Source: a virus
Reading direction: 5' to 3' (one strand)
IMG/VR virus record: IMGVR_UViG_3300047678_000276
Span: 12,323 to 76,322 of that record
DNA: 64,000 nucleotides
Shown: piece by piece, positions 57,587 to 64,000 of the stretch
Numbering within the stretch: position 1 is the first letter of the stretch
Layout: every line of letters starts with the position of its first letter
Translations under genes and position numbers: made by a program
The notes under the pieces: generated by a model
What the model saw: only the letters and a program-made list of their open reading frames with translations
Told to the model about the DNA's origin: nothing
Databases searched by the model: none

Positions 57587-58722
57587 TATTTATTAAATCT
57601 TTTATATGAGTTCTCAGAAATTAAATTCATATCAACTTCTCCTCTAAACTCTTTAAGCGTTTTTTTGTTTGTGTAAGACATTGCTGATCTCAAATATGAT
57701 TCAAAATTTTCAGTCCATTGAGGCAGAGTGTATTCAACAGGCCTATATCTTATAACGCCTTCAGAAGTTTTTATATTATCTTTTCCCCAATCTTTTTGAA
57801 CTTCCTTTGTTGACATTCCTCTAAACTTTTTTGTCAAAGTAAAACCTTTTTTTAGGAGCCATTTTGCAAATTTTCCATTTGGATTTACTTTAATTTTTTT
57901 AAACAAATATGTTGGGCCTGCAGATTCTAGGGCTTTATTTAAAATAGATCCAACCATTACAAAATCAGCACCTAATGCAATAGCTTTTATGATATCAGAG
58001 TAAGATTTCATTCCTCCGTCAGCAATAATTAAGGCTGGGTTATGCATCGTTAGAGACTTATAATAACACTCTCTGATTAAAGATGCTATAGGATAACCAA
58101 CACCTGTTTGTTCTGATGTTAGACATCCATTTCCATTACCTATTCCAATTCTAATAGCGTCAGCACCTGCATTTGAAAGGTTCTCATATGCGCCTGGGTG
58201 TGCTACGTTTCCTGCCATGATAAATATCCTAGATCCGTATATTTTCTTAGCATCAATAATAGCATTCTCCATTTTTTTCATATGGCCATTCGCAACATCG
58301 ATAAGAATATATAAAGTATTTAAATCTGACCACCCATTAACAAAAGCATTATAAACAAGACCTCCTTTTGTATTATATTCTTTTATGAAATCATCTAATG
58401 AAACAGAAGCTATTACACAATGTGTGTTTGACCATAATTTTTCTCCCCTTGGTAAACATACATTTATTTTGTTTTTAATAAAGTCATGACTATTATATAA
58501 ACTAACAACCGTATCCATAGGAGCTGCAAACAAAGGTAGTCTTCCGTATTGCTTTCCATTAAATATTCCGCTAACATACAAATTATTTGTTACATACGGA
58601 TTTATTTCTTGTCTTGAAACCACGTCTGTTGTTACAGCTGGTTGTATTAACAAGTCATTAAAATCCATTTTTGTTTCTGTTGAAATACCTGCCATGTGAT
58701 TAAACATTTTATCAAATTTCAT
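57586..58722 (-). CDS. IMP dehydrogenase / GMP reductase family protein
   Basis: APMDTV, IDVANGH, AGNV, GIGNGNGCLT, IIADGG, FRGMST, LRSAMSY. Confidence 0.9.
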   Translation of the reverse strand: MKFDKMFNHMAGISTETKMDFNDLLIQPAVTTDVVSRQEINPYVTNNLYVSGIFNGKQYGRLPLFAAPMDTVVSLYNSHDFIKNKINVCLPRGEKLWSNTHCVIASVSLDDFIKEYNTKGGLVYNAFVNGWSDLNTLYILIDVANGHMKKMENAIIDAKKIYGSRIFIMAGNVAHPGAYENLSNAGADAIRIGIGNGNGCLTSEQTGVGYPIASLIRECYYKSLTMHNPALIIADGGMKSYSDIIKAIALGADFVMVGSILNKALESAGPTYLFKKIKVNPNGKFAKWLLKKGFTLTKKFRGMSTKEVQKDWGKDNIKTSEGVIRYRPVEYTLPQWTENFESYLRSAMSYTNKKTLKEFRGEVDMNLISENSYKRFNK

Positions 58723-58723
58723 A

Positions 58724-59092
58724 TTATTTTTTTATAGGTCCATGTTTCTTTTCGTGTGCTTTCCAGTGTTCAATAAAAACATCTATCTGTTTATTTAAAT
58801 CTAATTCTTTATTATTTAAAAGCCTGTGGAAAGATCTTAATATAAAAGTGGACATATCGTCTGGATGCCACAAGCCTAACTTATTAAGGTATATATACAA
58901 TTTATCTTTTTTAGTCCACAATCCCCAATTGGTCCTAATATATTCTCCAAGTCCATGATGAGTAGCGATTATTACTTCATCTTCATTAGATTTTTTAAAC
59001 CATTCTTCGTCTGTAGAATTGCTCATTATTAACCTAAGCTCTTTAAAGCATTCGGTTAAATCGGTTGGTATGTTATTGCTTGTAAAATCCAT
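58724..59092 (-). CDS. DUF6794-like protein
   Basis: HHGLG..IR.NWGLW..HPDDMS..IL. Confidence 0.65.
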   Translation of the reverse strand: MDFTSNNIPTDLTECFKELRLIMSNSTDEEWFKKSNEDEVIIATHHGLGEYIRTNWGLWTKKDKLYIYLNKLGLWHPDDMSTFILRSFHRLLNNKELDLNKQIDVFIEHWKAHEKKHGPIKK

Positions 59093-59175
59093 TTGTCTAA
59101 TAAAAATGACAAACAAATCTAATAATATTATTTTACTTTAACAAGAAAAAGTATTATATTCGTAAAAATTTAAAA

Positions 59176-59763
59176 ATGGAAAATACAGCAGAAATAAACA
59201 ACTTATCAACAGATGATTTAAAAATAAAAATTGTTGAAATGCAGGGTAAAATAGATGCTCAACAAGCTCAGTTGGATGCTCAAAAAACTCAATTAGATGA
59301 GGCAAAAAAAGCCTTACAAGAAGGAAGTGAATATAACAATAAATTAGCCTATTGTGCTAGATTATTTGCTGAAATCCATTTAACAGCAGAAGAAAAAATA
59401 GCAATAGCCCAAGAGTTTGAAAGAGCTTTATCTATAGAGCAGGTTGAGAGAATTTATAAAAAATACTACACACAAGTTAGACCAGACGGTGTTGATTTAC
59501 CTGATGATTTTATTTGGTCTCCAGGGTTCATTAGAGATCTTGAAAAATATTATTTCCACTACAGAGGGTATAATCCATTCACAATAATCGACGAAAGCAT
59601 ACAAAACATCAGAAATCAGTTTATGATTGAAGATGATATCAGCGTAGCCGAGAGCGATGAGAGAGTTGCTGAGCTTAGAGTTAGATGGGAAAACAATAGA
59701 ATGTTAGCCTTAAAAGGGGTTGACGATATTGTTAGTACAACCAACGATTTTATGAGGAAATAA
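59176..59763 (+). CDS. Coiled-coil protein resembling a large-phage prohead scaffold segment
   Basis: NKLAY..RLF.E..LT..EK..I...F.RA. Confidence 0.55.
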   Translation: MENTAEINNLSTDDLKIKIVEMQGKIDAQQAQLDAQKTQLDEAKKALQEGSEYNNKLAYCARLFAEIHLTAEEKIAIAQEFERALSIEQVERIYKKYYTQVRPDGVDLPDDFIWSPGFIRDLEKYYFHYRGYNPFTIIDESIQNIRNQFMIEDDISVAESDERVAELRVRWENNRMLALKGVDDIVSTTNDFMRK

Positions 59764-59811
59764 TACTTACCTGAGCTTTCTTTTTTTTGAATATTTATAA
59801 TAAAGAAAGCT

Positions 59812-60282
59812 GTGGAATTCCTAAAGAAAATAGTCCAAGAAGAGATACAAAAGGCTCTTACGATCATATCTGAAAATGAATATCGTAACAGTCCTAGTTT
59901 TGATGTTTTTGAGAAGTCTCAAAACGCAAATGATGCTATCATATATAATTATGAATTAGGCAGAGAGTTCGCAAGCAACACTTTACAAGTAGACATAGAC
60001 AATCTTAATAGATACAGCTTATCTGAATATTTACCAAAGAGTATAAACCAAGAAAAATGGAGTTTTGAGTTTGTTACAACCACAGCTTCAACATTGATTA
60101 TTGATATTTCTAAAGAAATAAGGGGCGGTAAAACATACTGGACATTAATGTTTGGAATTCTCTATAAAGGAGAAGTTGTACCTGACATGAAAGATATGAT
60201 AGAAGATGTTTTGGGGTATGATAATTTTGTGAAAGCTGTAAATTCAAATATAGCAAAGAAATTTGATCCTTCTAAGCTTTAA
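59812..60282 (+). CDS. Tagged hypothetical protein
   Basis: LKKIVQEEI..IISE; TATTTAT upstream. Confidence 0.65.
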   Translation: MEFLKKIVQEEIQKALTIISENEYRNSPSFDVFEKSQNANDAIIYNYELGREFASNTLQVDIDNLNRYSLSEYLPKSINQEKWSFEFVTTTASTLIIDISKEIRGGKTYWTLMFGILYKGEVVPDMKDMIEDVLGYDNFVKAVNSNIAKKFDPSKL

Positions 60283-60842
60283 GCCATACTTTTTTCTATA
60301 TCAGTATAGACTTCTTCTAAATTTTTATCACCATTAACTTCGACAATGTTTCTTCTGTTTTGGAAATAACCCAACACAAGAGCTGTTTTGTTTTTATAAT
60401 TATGAAGCCTTGTTGGAATAAGTTCTAATTTATCATCTGCTCTATTTTCTATTGCAGCTCTTTTCAATATTCTTTCTGTAATAACAGGATCAGAAACAAC
60501 AATGTTTATAACAGCACTAAGAGGAATGTGTCTATTGAAAAGAAATTCATCCAATGATTTAGCTTGATTAATGGTTCTTGGGAAACCATCAAATATAAAC
60601 CCAGCATCATTTTTTGAATCTATTATTCTCTGTTTAACAAGTGATGTAACAATATCATCTGGTAAGAAATTACCATTGTCAATAAGTTTAGTTGCAAGCT
60701 TGCCAATTGCAGTACCATTCTTTTGTTCTTCTCTAATCAAATCTCCTGTAGAGATGTGTTCAAATCCTAATCTTTGAGATAATAATTTTGATTGTGTTCC
60801 TTTGCCACAACCAGGAGGCCCAATTAAGATAATGTTTTTCAT
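60279..60842 (-). CDS. adk: Adenylate kinase
   Basis: GPPGCGKGTQ, HISTGDLIR, FDGFPRT..QA, R.DD. Confidence 0.93.
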   Translation of the reverse strand: MKNIILIGPPGCGKGTQSKLLSQRLGFEHISTGDLIREEQKNGTAIGKLATKLIDNGNFLPDDIVTSLVKQRIIDSKNDAGFIFDGFPRTINQAKSLDEFLFNRHIPLSAVINIVVSDPVITERILKRAAIENRADDKLELIPTRLHNYKNKTALVLGYFQNRRNIVEVNGDKNLEEVYTDIEKSMA

Positions 60843-61001
60843 GTTTATTTATTTAAGCTTTCTTTACTCTTCTATTGCTTCTTCTTTTGATAATTTTTTC
60901 TATGCTCAAAATAACAGGCTTAATGTCTTTATTTTGAAGTCCACCTTTTGATTTTAAAATTCTTACAGAATCTTCTAATGCTTTTTTAATTTCTTCTTTC
61001 A

Positions 61002-61556
61002 TTATACAAGTCTTTTTACTTTATAATTAGTTGAAAAATTTTGTTTTGAGATAATTTTTAATTTTCCTTCCAACATCATCTTTTGAACATTACCAATCTG
61101 TTTAATAAACGTTATTCCTTGTGTGTGATCATGTTCGTGCATTACACATCTAGCCGCAATGCCTTCAAACCACTCTTCTTTTTCTTCAAAGTTTTCATTC
61201 ATGTATTTTAGTTTAACTCTTTCAGGTCTTGTTACATTTATATGCATTCCTGGAAAACTTAAACAACCTTCTTCAAACTCTCTTCTTTCATCACTTGTTT
61301 CTGTAATATCTGAATTAATAAAAACTTTTTTAAAATCTTTAAGCGATTCATCTACTTTACCATATTCAGTAAGATCTATGACAAATAGTTTTATAGGCAA
61401 TCCAATTTGTTGAGCTGCTAGGCCAATGCCAAAAGCTTGCTTCATTGTTTGGAACATGTCTTCAATTAAAACATTAAGGTTTGGATAATCTTTTGTTATC
61501 TGTTCACCTTTTGTGTTTAATACATTTTGTCCATATGTGTATATAGGTAAAATCAC
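61002..61556 (-). CDS. def: Peptide deformylase
   Basis: GIGLAAQQIG, EGCLS, HEHDH. Confidence 0.95.
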   Translation of the reverse strand: MILPIYTYGQNVLNTKGEQITKDYPNLNVLIEDMFQTMKQAFGIGLAAQQIGLPIKLFVIDLTEYGKVDESLKDFKKVFINSDITETSDERREFEEGCLSFPGMHINVTRPERVKLKYMNENFEEKEEWFEGIAARCVMHEHDHTQGITFIKQIGNVQKMMLEGKLKIISKQNFSTNYKVKRLV

Positions 61557-61595
61557 ACTACAAATATAGTGAAAACAAATTAATAAAGCAAAAAA

Positions 61596-61850
61596 TTATT
61601 GGAGAGATACTTTAACTACAAAACAAGCCTCTTTTTCTTTATAAGACGCTGTTAGTTTTTTTATAGGGAATATTGTTGGCCATTCATATAAAGCAGACAG
61701 ATCAGTGTTTGACCCGAATATGGAATCTCCCATGTGGTCCTCGATAGTAATTTCAGTGTCTGTTTTTGACACTATGTATTTTTTTATTTGTGGGTGTTGT
61801 GTTTCTACAATCCACATAAAACTTTCTAAACTACTTATTTTGTTTTCCAT
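61596..61850 (-). CDS. Hypothetical protein
   Basis: Start MENKIS overlapping the end of the upstream small gene. Confidence 0.5.
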   Translation of the reverse strand: MENKISSLESFMWIVETQHPQIKKYIVSKTDTEITIEDHMGDSIFGSNTDLSALYEWPTIFPIKKLTASYKEKEACFVVKVSLQ

Positions 61851-62001
61851 TTTCGTTTTTTTTATAAGGACAGTGTCTGCAGTTGTTCCCACAACAATAA
61901 CCACGTTTTGAGAGATAGACTTCGGTAAAAACCTTAAATCTCAAACCGCTTGTTTCTTTCCAATAAAAGTCAATTCCTTCTATTAATTCACGGTTTCTCA
62001 C
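61831..62001 (-). CDS. DUF5522-like Cys-rich small protein (not in the ORF track)
   Basis: ..FTEVYLSKRGYCCGNNCRHCPY.. Confidence 0.7.
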   Translation of the reverse strand: MRNRELIEGIDFYWKETSGLRFKVFTEVYLSKRGYCCGNNCRHCPYKKNENGKQNK

Positions 62002-62097
62002 TACTTGTTAAATAAATTATTGTGACTGCTTACTCATAAATATATCAAAAAAAGAAATATAAAAAATTGAAAACTAATTATTAATAAAGGAGGTATT

Positions 62098-62367
62098 ATG
62101 GACAAAGATGGGATAGAAAAGGCGGCGGCAATAATCAACAAATTCAGAAGAGAGTCTAAACAATTTGATTTTAAGAAAAAAATAATGTTGACTAGGATTT
62201 GGATTGATATTCTTATAAAAGCAGAGGAGTATGAAATGGCCTGGGCTTTAGATAATGAAAGAGTTCATTTGGTAAGAATACGAGTAAAAGAAAAAAGAGA
62301 GTCTAGGACTTTTAAACAAAAAACAAAGTTTTACTGGATCAAATTAAAGAGAAAGTTTATAAAATAA
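62098..62367 (+). CDS. Hypothetical basic protein
   Basis: AGGAGG before ATG; bidirectional terminator 62367-62393. Confidence 0.6.
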   Translation: MDKDGIEKAAAIINKFRRESKQFDFKKKIMLTRIWIDILIKAEEYEMAWALDNERVHLVRIRVKEKRESRTFKQKTKFYWIKLKRKFIK

Positions 62368-62394
62368 AAAAGGCCCTAAATTAGGGCCTTTTTG

Positions 62395-63264
62395 TTATCT
62401 TAAATTTGACAAGTCGCATATTGGCGGCATTATCATTTTATGAGCATTTGCAACGTGACGTTTCCAATATACTTTAAGCACATTCTTTTGTCTTTCTGAA
62501 TACGGAGCAAGTAAGGAGTTCTCATGACCAATTGCAAGGCCTATAAGAGTTTCTAGGTGTAAATGCTCACAAGCATTCATCGCCCATTCAAGCTCGTCAT
62601 ATGTAGCTCCAATTTGATCCTCGTCCGTTCTTCCATCATCCCATAGACCATCTGTTGGACGGGCATTTAATATTTCTTCAATAACTCCTAGTTCTTTTCC
62701 AAGAGCATATGTTTCTGATTTAAGAAGTTCACCTATTGGAGAAACATCTATTCCGCCATCACCATATTTTGTAAAGAATCCAATTCCAAAATCTTCAACT
62801 TTATTTCCTGTTCCACAAACAAGAAGTTTGTGAGCGCCTGCAACACCATAAAGAGTCACCATGCGAAGACGTGATCGTGTATTTGCTGACGTTAAGAAAA
62901 TATCATCTGCACTAACACCATCAAAAGCGCCTGCTTTTCCAAGTAATTCAATCTCTTTATCATATGCTTCTGTAAGATCAATGTCTAAAGATTTTACATT
63001 TGGATAATTTGTTTTCAACCATTCAATGTGTTTTGCTCCACGATCAGCTTGGTCAGAGGCTTGATGGATTGACATTTTTACAACAGTAAGTGGCAATCCT
63101 GTCATAGCACAAAGAGTTGAGCATACTGCAGAATCAATTCCCCCAGACACACCAATAATGTATCCTTTTAAGTTTGATTTTGTTGCATAATTCTTAAGCC
63201 AAGCTGCAATGTGAAGTTTTACAATGGCATAGTTTAATGTTTTGTTTTCAGTTGTTGTTTCCAT
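62395..63264 (-). CDS. nadE: NH3-dependent NAD+ synthetase
   Basis: GVSGGIDSA, N..SRLRM..LY, GTGNKVE..GFFTKYGDGG, PTDGLW..TDEDQIG..Y. Confidence 0.95.
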   Translation of the reverse strand: METTTENKTLNYAIVKLHIAAWLKNYATKSNLKGYIIGVSGGIDSAVCSTLCAMTGLPLTVVKMSIHQASDQADRGAKHIEWLKTNYPNVKSLDIDLTEAYDKEIELLGKAGAFDGVSADDIFLTSANTRSRLRMVTLYGVAGAHKLLVCGTGNKVEDFGIGFFTKYGDGGIDVSPIGELLKSETYALGKELGVIEEILNARPTDGLWDDGRTDEDQIGATYDELEWAMNACEHLHLETLIGLAIGHENSLLAPYSERQKNVLKVYWKRHVANAHKMIMPPICDLSNLR

Positions 63265-63266
63265 AG

Positions 63267-63614
63267 TTATTTTAATTTAAGTTGTTCTTTTTTTAAGTTG
63301 TCGTAAGCCTCTTGGTTCCAACGTGTATCTTCATAAAAATTACAAAGATCTATTTGCGTCATTGGAACAATTTCCCATTTAAAGGTAGTCTTTTGATTGC
63401 TTTTGCCCTTAGCATCTTTTTCAATTCTTTTTATTAAATCCTTACATGCAGTTTTGGTTGTAGGTATCATAGCATACTTTCCATAATCAGACATATGCAT
63501 TTGAAATCTCCTGCCTGTTCCGCTGTGACCAGAATAAACCTGATTTCCTCTAGCGAAGCTTTTATCTACTACAAAATAAAGCTTTGTGTTTTTTCTAATT
63601 TTTCTATCTTTCAT
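63267..63614 (-). CDS. Hypothetical basic protein
   Basis: Between nadD and nadE. Confidence 0.65.
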   Translation of the reverse strand: MKDRKIRKNTKLYFVVDKSFARGNQVYSGHSGTGRRFQMHMSDYGKYAMIPTTKTACKDLIKRIEKDAKGKSNQKTTFKWEIVPMTQIDLCNFYEDTRWNQEAYDNLKKEQLKLK

Positions 63615-63618
63615 GATG

Positions 63619-64000
63619 TTATTTGTATAGGTTATTTTCTTTTATAAATTGATGTACAGAATCTGGTAATAAATGTTTTGTTGTTTTTCCATTCTTTATT
63701 TGTTCTCTTAAAAAAGTTGCTGATATTTCTAGGTTAGGTACACCATTTAAAAAATTGGTCTTACTCGCCATTTCTTCAGGAGTGTAATTGGTTGCTGTAT
63801 TTCTTGGATATACAAGAAAATTACAAGCTTCAATAACTTCTTTACCGCCATGCCAATTAGGAATGTCAACATAAACATCAGTGCCACAAATCAAATGAAA
63901 TTCAAATTCTGGGTGTTTTTCTTTTAATTTTCCAAGTGTGATATAAGTATAAGATGGCCCTTCTAAATAAAGTTCTGTAGTGTCAACAGCAAATTTTTTA
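63619..64000 (-). CDS. nadD: Nicotinate-nucleotide adenylyltransferase (5' part outside the window)
   Basis: Frame open to the window edge: PSYTYITL..L..KHP..F.LICGTD..W..VYPR..ISAT.LR..LLP.SV..FI...LY. Confidence 0.85.
   Translation of the reverse strand, partial: KKFAVDTTELYLEGPSYTYITLGKLKEKHPEFEFHLICGTDVYVDIPNWHGGKEVIEACNFLVYPRNTATNYTPEEMASKTNFLNGVPNLEISATFLREQIKNGKTTKHLLPDSVHQFIKENNLYK

Noticed and set aside
1-64000. Stop-codon reassignment as in some large Bacteroidota phages
   Set aside because: Known enzymes are full length in code 11, and TAG (21854, 23430, 35915) and TGA occur at natural gene ends next to the following promoter or start.

Overview
AT-rich segment of a very large tailed-phage genome, most likely infecting a Bacteroidota host. 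The host call rests on -33/-7 TTTG-N19/20-TAnnTTTG promoters, A-rich SD-less translation starts and a T9SS-CTD-like protein. Left part (about 1.5-41.5 kb): an early/host-takeover-like array of roughly 90 small genes. Nearly every gene carries its own copy of a fixed-spacing motif, TTTTAAGTT-N14/15-TCTAT, which inverts with gene direction at about 40.8 kb. The array also holds two DNA methyltransferases, a WGR-DNA ligase, four tRNA genes, a Glu-codon leader-peptide attenuator in front of two tRNA-Glu genes, a 213-nt structured ncRNA candidate and periodic counter-oriented non-coding units. A repeat-rich candidate origin/terminus lies at 41.5-42.9 kb. Right part: genes behind a TATTTAT motif, many sharing an IRKIIRE..LxE or RMKxLAG tag (putative capsid-targeted cargo: kinase, GNAT-like, SprT-like, P-loop, Gp88-like proteins), a GH64-like glucanase, and metabolic genes (IMPDH/GMPR family, adk, def, nadE, nadD). 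All family assignments come from motif recognition by eye; no database search was run.
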